Under the pieces are notes generated by a model. The model had not been told where the DNA came from. It made no database searches and was given only the letters and a program-made list of their open reading frames with translations. From Azonexus sp. (GTDB lineage: Bacteria; Pseudomonadota; Gammaproteobacteria; Burkholderiales; Rhodocyclaceae), in contig JAITMS010000017.1 in NCBI GenBank assembly GCA_031277255.1, positions 177-64,176 on the forward strand: 64,000 nucleotides of DNA, read 5' to 3'. Both the position numbers and the translations under genes were made by a program. This document shows, piece after piece, positions 51,896 through 60,271 of this stretch (the stretch's first letter is position 1; every line of letters starts with the position of its first letter).

Positions 51896-52975
51896 TCACC
51901 CCAAGCGCCCCGGCAGCACGTCGCGCAGCATGATGGCGGCGTCGCGCAGGGTGGCTTCGGTGGTCGGCCAGTCGATGCAGCCATCCGTCACCGAGCAGCC
52001 GTATCTGAGTTTTGTGAGATCGGCGGGGATGGCCTGGTTGCCTGCTTCGAGGTTGGATTCAATCATCACGCCGAGGATCGATTTGTTGCCCGCGCGAATC
52101 TGGCTGACCACGTCGCTCATCACCAGCGGCTGCATGTCCGGCTTTTTCGAACTGTTGGCGTGCGAACAGTCGACGACCAGATTGGCCGGGAGTCTGGCTT
52201 TTTGCATGGCGGCTTCGGCCATCGCCACCGAAACGGTGTCGTAATTGGGGCCGTTGTCGCCGCCGCGCAGAACGACGTGGCCGTAGGCGTTGCCGGTGGT
52301 GCGGACGATGGTGACGCGGCCATCGTTGTTGAGGCCAAGGAAAGCGTGCGGCTTGGAAGCGGAGAGCACAGCATTGGTGGCAACGAGCAGATCGCCGCTG
52401 GTGGCGTTTTTGAAACCGACCGGGGTGGATAGCCCCGACGACATTTCACGGTGCGTCTGCGATTCCGTGGTGCGGGCGCCGATGGCGCTCCAGGTGATGA
52501 GGTCGCCGTAATACTGCGGGCCGTAGGGGTCGAGCGCCTCGGTTCCGGCGGGTAGCCCCAGTTCATTGACTTGCAGCAGGAATTCGCGGGCGCGTTCCAT
52601 GCCGACGTCGACGCGGAAAGAGTCGTCCATGAACGGGTCGTTGATGTAGCCCTTCCAGCCGACCGTGGTGCGCGGCTTCTCAAAATAGACGCGCATGATG
52701 ATTTGCAGGGTGTCGCCGACTTCATCGGCGAGTTTTTTCAAGCGCCGGGCATAGTCCAGACCGGCGACCGGATCGTGGATGGAGCAGGGGCCGACGACGA
52801 CGAAAATACGGTGATCCCGGCGGTCGAGGATATTGCACAGCAACTGGCGGTTTTCGCTGACAGTCGCCTCCGCCCTGGCCGAAAGCGGCAGGCGGGCATG
52901 AATTTCGGCAGGTGCGGGCATGGCGTCAAAAGCCGCGACATTGGCGTTTTCGATGGGGGTTGCGGTTTGGTTCAT
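51896..52975 (-). CDS. 3-deoxy-7-phosphoheptulonate (DAHP) synthase, class I (AroF/G/H type)
   Basis: 359 aa. VVVGPCSIHD, KPRTTVGWKGYINDP, GARTTESQ.HRE motifs. Confidence 0.9.
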   Translation of the reverse strand: MNQTATPIENANVAAFDAMPAPAEIHARLPLSARAEATVSENRQLLCNILDRRDHRIFVVVGPCSIHDPVAGLDYARRLKKLADEVGDTLQIIMRVYFEKPRTTVGWKGYINDPFMDDSFRVDVGMERAREFLLQVNELGLPAGTEALDPYGPQYYGDLITWSAIGARTTESQTHREMSSGLSTPVGFKNATSGDLLVATNAVLSASKPHAFLGLNNDGRVTIVRTTGNAYGHVVLRGGDNGPNYDTVSVAMAEAAMQKARLPANLVVDCSHANSSKKPDMQPLVMSDVVSQIRAGNKSILGVMIESNLEAGNQAIPADLTKLRYGCSVTDGCIDWPTTEATLRDAAIMLRDVLPGRLG

Positions 52976-53100
52976 GGGGTCGGTTCGTCAATCATGTCTT
53001 TGATGGCCGCCACTTTGGCTTGCCGCATGGGGCCGTGGCGCAGAAGTGAGATTTTATCCTGTCCGGTGAGCTTGCCGCCGCAGTTATTTTTGCGCCGCGC
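52972..53100 (-). pseudogene. orphan duplicate of the mfd 3' end (about 40 codons)
   Basis: Minus-strand frame ...KNNCGGKLTGQDKISLLRHGPMRQAKVAAIKDMIDEPTP* compared with the Mfd tail ...KNRNYKLAGPEKISLLRHSPTLQAKVAAIKDMIRELTQAA*. 77/100 nt identical by hand alignment. Its TGA overlaps the DAHP synthase ATG. Confidence 0.7.
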
Positions 53101-53148
53101 AGTAGCGTCGGCTTGAATGGCTAGCGCATTTTCTGTTCAAGTCCTTAC

Positions 53149-53240
53149 ACTCCCGTTCGTCCTGAGCTTGTCGAAGGACGGTGCGGAGAGAGGAACGGAG
53201 GCTTGAACCGGGCTTCGACAGGCTCAGCCCGAACGGTATG
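53149..53240. repeat. about 90-bp REP/MITE-like element, inverted copy of 50472-50555
   Basis: Its reverse complement aligns nearly base-for-base with the 50.5-kb copy (CCGTTCGGGCTGAGCCTGTCGAAGCCCG...CTTCGACAAGCTCAGGRCGAACGGGAG). Confidence 0.7.
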
Positions 53241-53284
53241 GGGGGTGTATGCGCTTGAATCAAAGCCGATCTAGCGCCTGACTT

Positions 53285-54136
53285 TCACGATAACTCAGGC
53301 AACAATTGATGTCGCCAGAGAGAATCCTCGAAGCGCGAGCGGAAAAAACCGAAGTGTCCTATCCGTTCCGCGCCGATGTCTTGCGGCGCAATGCGCTTCA
53401 TGGTTTTGGGCGCGGTCGTATAGAAACCGTGCATTGACTCTGTATTGCGGGCAGACATCATCTCGTCGTCGGTAAAAGAGAACGAAGTAATCGGCACGCT
53501 GACCGCGGCGAATTTTTCCCGCACCGCCTGCCCCTCCGCGCCGACGACATAATCCGGGTTGAGGCACCACTGACGCCATTGATCCATGACGCCGCGAGGC
53601 AAGTCACCGACCTTGCGTAGCCGCTTGCCTGGAAAATAACCGCAGGCTCGCGTCATCAAGGGAGCCACGACAAACCAGAGCCACCATACTTTCCATTTGA
53701 GGTCAGGCGTATTTTCAATCCAGTATCCGCTCCCGGTTGCGATGGTTACGGCCTTGCTCACCCGGTTCCAGTTGGGTACAAGCCCAAGGATTTGCCCGCC
53801 CAGGCTGTGACCGAGCCAGTAAATCGGGCGAGACGGAACGCGGGCCTGAACAGCATCAATCATCGCGTCGCAATCGCACTGCGCCCAATCGAAGATATTT
53901 ACCCGGAGCCGACGAATATCGCCGTCTCTGGAGAGTCCAGTACCCGAATAGTCAAAGGTTGCGACAAGATAACCCTGATTGGAAAGCCAGGCGGCGAATG
54001 GCGCGTAATAATCCTGGCGAATGCCCATCGCGGGAACGACAAGAACCGCGGCTTTTGCTTCTTGTTTCGGCTGGAAAAAACTCGCATGAACCGAGCGGCC
54101 ATTTTGGGTCGTTATGCGCGAGGATTGAATGGTCAT
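53285..54136 (-). CDS. alpha/beta-fold hydrolase
   Basis: 283 aa. Nucleophile elbow GHSLGG and a C-terminal His region (RIGHFGFF). Lower GC than the backbone. Confidence 0.75.
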   Translation of the reverse strand: MTIQSSRITTQNGRSVHASFFQPKQEAKAAVLVVPAMGIRQDYYAPFAAWLSNQGYLVATFDYSGTGLSRDGDIRRLRVNIFDWAQCDCDAMIDAVQARVPSRPIYWLGHSLGGQILGLVPNWNRVSKAVTIATGSGYWIENTPDLKWKVWWLWFVVAPLMTRACGYFPGKRLRKVGDLPRGVMDQWRQWCLNPDYVVGAEGQAVREKFAAVSVPITSFSFTDDEMMSARNTESMHGFYTTAPKTMKRIAPQDIGAERIGHFGFFRSRFEDSLWRHQLLPELS

Positions 54137-54292
54137 TGTGGCTCCAGGGTTAAATATGCTGTGTTATCTGAAAGGCGCTAACGGCCAAGCTGAACGGCAA
54201 GTGCAAGCGGGCCGCGACTGGCCGACAAAAGAAAGATTATCTGGGCCGCCCACTTTTACTTACCCGCCTTGAGCGCCGAGTTAAGCTGCCCT

Positions 54293-54598
54293 TTAGTAAA
54301 CATGGGATTTCACCAAAAAGAGTAGAACACATGGGAGAGCAATGGCTGTAACGCAGGCGCCGATTAATGTACGGTTCGCGCGAGAGCCATAAGCAACAAA
54401 CAAAGCAACGAATCCAAGCAGGATTGGAATGGGAACAAACATAAACACAAGCTGCCACTGGGCTTCTTGTTTAACAAAAACCGCCTTCAAATAAGCGATC
54501 GCCAAATTAGCAGTTACGTAAATTGATAGAGTCAATATAGCCAATACGATCCACGTCGAAATTCGCACTCTAGACAGTCTATTGAACTTTGGCGACAT
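54293..54598 (-). CDS. small 3-TM membrane protein, hypothetical
   Basis: 101 aa with three hydrophobic helices. About 45-49% GC. Its start is 3 nt after the stop of the RHH gene. Confidence 0.5.
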   Translation of the reverse strand: MSPKFNRLSRVRISTWIVLAILTLSIYVTANLAIAYLKAVFVKQEAQWQLVFMFVPIPILLGFVALFVAYGSRANRTLIGACVTAIALPCVLLFLVKSHVY

Positions 54599-54601
54599 GG
54601 T

Positions 54602-54883
54602 TTAGTACGTATCAGTTGGCGCAGGCGGCGTGTCCGACGCATTGGCAAGAATCGCCAAGGCGTCTTTCGTGGTGGTTGTGGCGGCAATTTCGCGCAGCTT
54701 TGCCATATAGGCCATCTGTTCCCGAATCAGCAGGCCATCGTGTATCAGTTCGGCATACAGGCGATTCTCGGAAACACCCAATTGTTCGGCAAGGCGCTTG
54801 CCGCGAATCCGCTCGTTTTGCTGTATCCGCAAGGGAAAAGAGGTTTTGCTCATGGTCATTTTCTGGTGTGTCAGCGACTGCAT
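54602..54883 (-). CDS. ribbon-helix-helix (CopG/Arc-like) protein, putative
   Basis: SKTSFPLRIQQNERIRGKRLAEQLGVSENRLYAELIHDGL fits a beta-strand/helix/helix pattern. Start ambiguous (54883, 54859 or 54853). The ORF begins 8 nt after the mfd stop. Confidence 0.5.
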   Translation of the reverse strand: MQSLTHQKMTMSKTSFPLRIQQNERIRGKRLAEQLGVSENRLYAELIHDGLLIREQMAYMAKLREIAATTTTKDALAILANASDTPPAPTDTY

Positions 54884-54890
54884 TCTGAGT

Positions 54891-57800
54891 CTATGCCGCC
54901 TGAGTCAATTCCCGAATCATATCTTTTATCGCCGCCACTTTGGCTTGCAGAGTGGGCGAGTGGCGCAGGAGGGAGATTTTTTCCGGCCCGGCGAGTTTGT
55001 AGTTACGGTTTTTTTGGATCAGATGGATGATCCGGGCTGGCTCGATCGGTGGGTTTTGGGCAAATTCGGGGCTGAACTGGAGGGTGATCTGGTCGTTACC
55101 GGCGTCGAGTTTGGCGATTTGTAGCGGTTTGATGAGTAGCCGCAGGCGGTGCGTCGCCAGTAGCGCCTCGGTTTGCGGCGGCAGGGGGCCGAAGCGGTCG
55201 ATCAGTTCTTCTTGCAGGGCGTCGATTTCTTCGCGGGTTTCGCCGTTGGCCAGCCGTTTGTAGAGGGTCAGGCGCTCGTGCACGTCGGGGCAGTAGTTGT
55301 CGGGGAGGAGGGCCGGGGCGCGCAGGTTGATTTCGCCGCTGACGCCGATGGGCTGGGTCAAATCCACTGTTTCCAGAACTTTGCCTTGTTTGAGGCAGCC
55401 GACGGCGCGGTTGAGCATGTCGGCGTACAGATTGAAGCCGACTTCCTGCATTTCGCCGGATTGGTTGTCGCCCAGGACTTCGCCCGCGCCGCGAATTTCG
55501 AGGTCGTGCATGGCGAGGTAAAAACCGGCGCCGAGGTCTTCCATCATCTGGATCGCTTCGAGCCGCTGCCTGGCTTGCCGGGTCATCGCTTTTTCGTCAT
55601 TGACCAGAAGATAGGCGTAAGCCTGATGGTGCGAGCGGCCAACGCGGCCGCGCAACTGGTGCAACTGGGCGAGGCCGAATTTTTCGGCGCGGTTGATGAG
55701 AATGGTGTTGGCGTGCGGATTGTCGATGCCGGTTTCGATAATGGTGGTGCATAAGAGCAGATTGGCGCGCTGGCTGGTGAAGTCGCGCATCGCCCGTTCC
55801 AGGTCGCGTTCGGCCATCTGGCCGTGGCCGACGGCGAGACGCGCCTCCGGCAGGAGTTTTTCCAGCTTCTCCCGCATGGCCTCGATGCTGTGCACTTCGT
55901 TGTGCAGGAAATACACCTGGCCGCCGCGTTTCAATTCGCGCAGCGCGGCTTCGCGGATGATGCCGTCGGATAGCCGCGAGACAAAGGTTTTGATCGCCAG
56001 CCGCTTTTGCGGCGCGGTGGCGATGACCGAAAAATCGCGCAAGCCTTCGAGGCTCATCGCCAGTGTGCGCGGAATCGGCGTCGCTGTCAGCGTCAGCACG
56101 TCGACCTCGGCGCGCATGGCTTTGAGGGTTTCTTTCTGGCGCACGCCGAAACGGTGTTCTTCGTCGATGATGACGAGGCCCAGACGCTTGAATCTGACCG
56201 CCTTGCCGATCAGTTTGTGGGTGCCGATGATGATGTCGATCTTGCCCGCGGCGAGATCGTCGAGCGCCTCTCCCGCTTCTTTCGGTGTCCGAAAGCGCGA
56301 CAGTTCGGCGATTTTGACCGGCCATTCGGCAAAGCGGTCGGCGAAAGTCTGGTAATGCTGCTCGCACAACAGCGTCGTCGGACAGAGCACGGCCACCTGC
56401 CTGCCGCCAGCGACGGCGCAGAAAGCGGCGCGCAGCGCCACTTCCGTTTTGCCGAAACCGACATCGCCGCAGACCAGCCGATCCATCGGCTTGCCGGATT
56501 TCATGTCGTCGAGCACGGCGGCAATGGCCGCTGCCTGATCGGCGGTTTCCTCAAAAGCGAAGCCGTCGGCAAAGGTTTCGTAATCCTTGTCGGCAAAGCT
56601 GAAGGCATGGCCTTGGCGGGCGGCGCGGGCGGCGTAGAGGGCGAGCAGTTCGGCGGCGGTGTCGCGGGCCTGTTCCGCCGCCTTGCGTTTGGCTTTTTCC
56701 CACTGGCCGGAACCGAGCGTGTGCAGGGGCGCGGCTTCCGGGTCGGCACCGGAATAACGCGCGATGACGGCGAGTTGCGCCACCGGGACAAAGAGCTTGG
56801 CGTCATTGGCGTAATGGAGTTCGAGAAATTCCTGCTCGCCCAGCCCTAGATCCATCCGCACCAAGCCCTGATAACGGCCAATGCCGTGACTCTCATGGAC
56901 GACCGGATCGCCGATCTTGAGTTCGGTCAGGTCTTTGAGCCAGTTGTCGAAAGCGGCTTTTTTCGCCGCTTCCCGCCGGGCGCGGCGCGGGCTACCAGCG
57001 AACAGTTCAGCTTCGCTGACGAAAGCCAGATTGTCGATGACAAAACCGGCGTGCAACGGCGCAACGCCAAGGGCAAGCTTGTCGCCGCCGTCGACAAAAG
57101 CCTTGAGATCAGGGCAGGCCGCTGGTTTGAGGCCGTGTTCGGCGAGCATCGCCGCCAGCGTCTCACGACGGCCCGCGCTTTCCGCCACCAGCAGAACCCG
57201 CCCCGGCCAGGCGGCGAGAAAGTGTTTGAGGGCGGCCAGCGGATCGTCGGCGCGGCGGTCGATGGCGACGCTGTCGCTCAGAGGACAGAAGACAGAGGAC
57301 AGAGGACTGTGAATTTGCGGCGGCGATCCCCCCATCCCGACCTTCCCCCCGCTTGCGAGGGTGCCTCCCCTCTCCCGCTTGCGGGAGAGGGGCAGGGGTT
57401 GAGGGCTGGCCGCCGGTAACGGGCTGTCTTCCGTCTTCTGTCCTCTGTCTTCTGTTTTCAAAACCAGCCGGGCGTAGGGTTTAGCGGCGCTGAAAAACTC
57501 CTCATCGGTCAGGAACAGTTCTTCCGGCGTCAGCAAGGGCCGCGCCTTGTCGCCTTGCAGGAGCCTGTAGCGCGAACGGGTGTCCATCCAGAAGGCGGCG
57601 ATTGCGGCGGGCGCGTCGCCTTGTGTGACGAACACGGCATTCGGCGGCAGATAGTCGAACAACGTCGCCGTCGCCGAAAAAAACAGGGGCAGGTAATACT
57701 CGATCCCGGCGCTGGCGATACCGCTGGAGACATCCTTGTAAATCCCCGATTTCGCCGGGTCGCCCTCAAAACGCTCGCGGAAAGCCTGCCGGAAGCGCGT

Positions 57801-58490
57801 CCGCCCGGCGTCGTCGAGCGGAAATTCGCGGGCGGGCAGGAGACGGATTTCGTTGACCGGATAGACCGTGCGCTGCGTATCGACATCAAAAGTGCGGATG
57901 CTGTCGATCTCGTCATCAAAGAGATCGAGCCGGTAAGGCAGGGGCGACCCCATCGGAAACAGGTCGATCAACCCGCCGCGAATCGAATACTCGCCCGGCG
58001 ACACCACCTGCGTCACATGGGCGTAACCGGCCAGCGTCACCTGATCGCGGAACTTCCCGGCATCGAGCCGCTGCCCCTTTTGGAAAGCAAAGGTATAAGC
58101 CGCCATGAACTCCGGCGGCGCCAACCGTCCCACCGCTGTCGCCGCCGGCGCCAGCAGAATATCCAGTTCCCCCTGCAAGGCCGCCCACAGCGTCGCCAGC
58201 CGCTCGGAAACCAGATCCTGATGCGGCGAAAAATGGTCGTAAGGCAAAGTCTCCCAATCCGGCAGCAGACGCACGCGCAATTGCGGCGCGAACCAGGGGA
58301 TTTCTTCGAGCAAACGCCGGGCATCCGCCGCCGTCGCCGTCACCACCGCCAGCAAACGCCCGGCGCGGACAGCCGCCGCGGACAGCATCAAGGCATCGCC
58401 GGAGCCGACAGGCGACGGCAGATCAAGACGATGACCGGGACGGGGCAGGGTGGGGAGAAAAGAGCGGGGGAGCAGGGGAGAAGCGGACAC
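54891..58490 (-). CDS. mfd: transcription-repair coupling factor Mfd (carries an in-frame repeat insertion)
   Basis: 1199 aa. UvrB-homology N-terminus, RNAP-interaction domain, GDVGFGKTEVA Walker A, DEEHRFG, TATPIPRT, TRG motif region, C-terminal D7. Confidence 0.95.
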   Translation of the reverse strand: MSASPLLPRSFLPTLPRPGHRLDLPSPVGSGDALMLSAAAVRAGRLLAVVTATAADARRLLEEIPWFAPQLRVRLLPDWETLPYDHFSPHQDLVSERLATLWAALQGELDILLAPAATAVGRLAPPEFMAAYTFAFQKGQRLDAGKFRDQVTLAGYAHVTQVVSPGEYSIRGGLIDLFPMGSPLPYRLDLFDDEIDSIRTFDVDTQRTVYPVNEIRLLPAREFPLDDAGRTRFRQAFRERFEGDPAKSGIYKDVSSGIASAGIEYYLPLFFSATATLFDYLPPNAVFVTQGDAPAAIAAFWMDTRSRYRLLQGDKARPLLTPEELFLTDEEFFSAAKPYARLVLKTEDRGQKTEDSPLPAASPQPLPLSRKRERGGTLASGGKVGMGGSPPQIHSPLSSVFCPLSDSVAIDRRADDPLAALKHFLAAWPGRVLLVAESAGRRETLAAMLAEHGLKPAACPDLKAFVDGGDKLALGVAPLHAGFVIDNLAFVSEAELFAGSPRRARREAAKKAAFDNWLKDLTELKIGDPVVHESHGIGRYQGLVRMDLGLGEQEFLELHYANDAKLFVPVAQLAVIARYSGADPEAAPLHTLGSGQWEKAKRKAAEQARDTAAELLALYAARAARQGHAFSFADKDYETFADGFAFEETADQAAAIAAVLDDMKSGKPMDRLVCGDVGFGKTEVALRAAFCAVAGGRQVAVLCPTTLLCEQHYQTFADRFAEWPVKIAELSRFRTPKEAGEALDDLAAGKIDIIIGTHKLIGKAVRFKRLGLVIIDEEHRFGVRQKETLKAMRAEVDVLTLTATPIPRTLAMSLEGLRDFSVIATAPQKRLAIKTFVSRLSDGIIREAALRELKRGGQVYFLHNEVHSIEAMREKLEKLLPEARLAVGHGQMAERDLERAMRDFTSQRANLLLCTTIIETGIDNPHANTILINRAEKFGLAQLHQLRGRVGRSHHQAYAYLLVNDEKAMTRQARQRLEAIQMMEDLGAGFYLAMHDLEIRGAGEVLGDNQSGEMQEVGFNLYADMLNRAVGCLKQGKVLETVDLTQPIGVSGEINLRAPALLPDNYCPDVHERLTLYKRLANGETREEIDALQEELIDRFGPLPPQTEALLATHRLRLLIKPLQIAKLDAGNDQITLQFSPEFAQNPPIEPARIIHLIQKNRNYKLAGPEKISLLRHSPTLQAKVAAIKDMIRELTQAA
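57279..57456. repeat. heptamer-armed hairpin element, copy 3, inside the mfd coding sequence
   Basis: Left arm 57279-57307 (CAGAG GACAGAA GACAGAG GACAGAG GAC). Right arm 57425-57456 (TGTCTTC CGTCTTC TGTCCTC TGTCTTC TGTT). The core contains the palindrome CCCCTCTCCCGC-TT-GCGGGAGAGGGG (57367-57392). Confidence 0.8.
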
Positions 58491-58567
58491 GGCGGCGGGG
58501 GTACGGCGGCGGGGAAAAGATTATAGCCGCTGCCGCCGCGCGCTTCGGGGGCTATCGCAAAAGCTGA

Positions 58568-58809
58568 TTGGAGCGGTTTTGATTCAAGTGCTTACGGTTT
58601 TCCCTCGCCCGCTTGCGGGAGAGGGTGGCCGCAGGCCGGGAGAGGGCCAGCGGTGTATCCATTGCTGTCACCGCCAATCGGGACGCCGCCCCTCTCCCCC
58701 TTCGACTTTGCTCAGGACAGGCCCAGCCCCTCTCCCGCGAAGCGGGCGAGGGGAGCAAAGCGCATGGGCGCGGAAATGGATGTCCACACTTGCATCAAAA
58801 CCGCTCCAG
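58568..58809. repeat. about 240-bp MITE-like element with 23-bp terminal inverted repeats
   Basis: Left TIR TTGGAGCGGTTTTGATTCAAGTG (58568-58590). The right TIR (58787-58809) reads CTGGAGCGGTTTTGATGCAAGTG as its reverse complement, 21/23 identical. The interior carries two CCCTC.CCCGC..GCGGG.GAGGG palindromes. Confidence 0.65.
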
Positions 58810-60234
58810 CCGCCGCTCGATGGCTTCGAGGCGTGGGCGGATGGCTTCGCCTGCGGCCATTTGCGGTTCCGAAGGGGTGTAATTTTCTTCCCGTTCGCGC
58901 GCTTCTACCGTGCGCCGCGCCTGTTCAAAGGCGGCGGTGAAGGAATAGGTGTGGCGCAGCGCCTCGTCGAAATAGGCGCGGCCAAAGAAAGTCCAGTCGG
59001 CTTCGTGGCTGCATCCGTGCGAGTTGCGGTCGGCGCGGGCGGCGCTGATGACCAGGGTATGCGGGTCGGACAAAGGCGCGATGAAGCCGCCCGAATAGCA
59101 GGCCGAAACGACGACGACGCGGTTTTTGATAGCGGCGGCGTCAAGCAGTTCACGCAGGCGTTGCGGCGTCAGTTCGTCGAACTCGAACGGCCACAGGCTC
59201 AGTGAAAAATGAAATTCGGCGGAGCCGTGCGAGGTCATAAAGAGGAACAGCACGTCCTCGTTCTGGTCCATCCGGCTGCCGATGGCCTTGAGGGCGCGTT
59301 CCAGCGCCGTGACGCTGGCGACGGGGCGCTCGAGCACGGTGGCCGGGTTGTTGACCAGCACGAGGCTGCGCCCGGCGGCGTCGAAGCGTTCTTTGAACAG
59401 GGTTTCCACGCTCAGGACTTCACGCAGAAAAACATCCTGACCCGCGTCGCCGCCAAAGGCCAGCAGATAGAGTTCCGGCGTATCCGGGCGGCTGGGCTGG
59501 ACTGCCGCGAGCGCCTTTTCCAGCAACTCCGGCTGGCGGTAGAGGATGGCCTCGCCACGGGTCAGTTGCCAGCGGTCAACGTAGGAGGATTCGCCGCTAC
59601 TGTAGCTGGGCTGCCACAACTTTTGCGTATTCATGGCAAACCTTATGGAAAACCATATCCCGCCTGCTATGACAGCGCCGAGGAGGAGTGAGGCGAGGAG
59701 ATATTTCAGCTTGGTCAGCCGGTAAATCCGCCACAGGGCAACATATGTCGCCAGTGTGTACCAGACGAGAGATACGCCCAGGGAACCCGAAACCAGCCAA
59801 GTGCTGATCATCGACCGGGGTTCAAACAAGATGGGTTGAACAAAGAAATAGAGCGCCGTCGACGCCGCACTGGCGAAAAGGCCAAGCCCCAAAATTGCCG
59901 TCGTTCCTTCGAGCATTCCGGCGCTTGCATCTTCCTTCTGCATTCGCGCATAGCACCACATACACAGCAGAAACGGCGGTATCACCCAGAGCAGGTAAGG
60001 CAATGCCTGAAGGTTGAGTTCGCCATCCCATCCGACGTTGAGCAGGTCATCCATCAATCCGAGCAGGACGCCGAGCAGCCACAGCCAGACGATCTGCGGC
60101 ACGGAAGCGCGCAGGCGATTGACCGCGTTTTTCTCGAACAGCAGAAAGCCAAGACCGGCGCGCAGGTTGCTCGCCAGATCGCGCAGCGTAGCCTGGATTG
60201 CCGTTGGTGTTGTTGGGGCCGACATCGTTTCCAT
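58795..60234 (-). CDS. membrane-anchored peptidase C13 (legumain-like) family protein
   Basis: About 220-aa multi-TM N-terminal half, then LFMTSHGS (His) and VVVSACYSGGF (Cys) catalytic dyad motifs. Confidence 0.7.
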   Translation of the reverse strand: METMSAPTTPTAIQATLRDLASNLRAGLGFLLFEKNAVNRLRASVPQIVWLWLLGVLLGLMDDLLNVGWDGELNLQALPYLLWVIPPFLLCMWCYARMQKEDASAGMLEGTTAILGLGLFASAASTALYFFVQPILFEPRSMISTWLVSGSLGVSLVWYTLATYVALWRIYRLTKLKYLLASLLLGAVIAGGIWFSIRFAMNTQKLWQPSYSSGESSYVDRWQLTRGEAILYRQPELLEKALAAVQPSRPDTPELYLLAFGGDAGQDVFLREVLSVETLFKERFDAAGRSLVLVNNPATVLERPVASVTALERALKAIGSRMDQNEDVLFLFMTSHGSAEFHFSLSLWPFEFDELTPQRLRELLDAAAIKNRVVVVSACYSGGFIAPLSDPHTLVISAARADRNSHGCSHEADWTFFGRAYFDEALRHTYSFTAAFEQARRTVEAREREENYTPSEPQMAAGEAIRPRLEAIERRLERF

Positions 60235-60271
60235 CGCTGTATTTTATTCCTGCCGGAAAAGGTGGCCGGGA

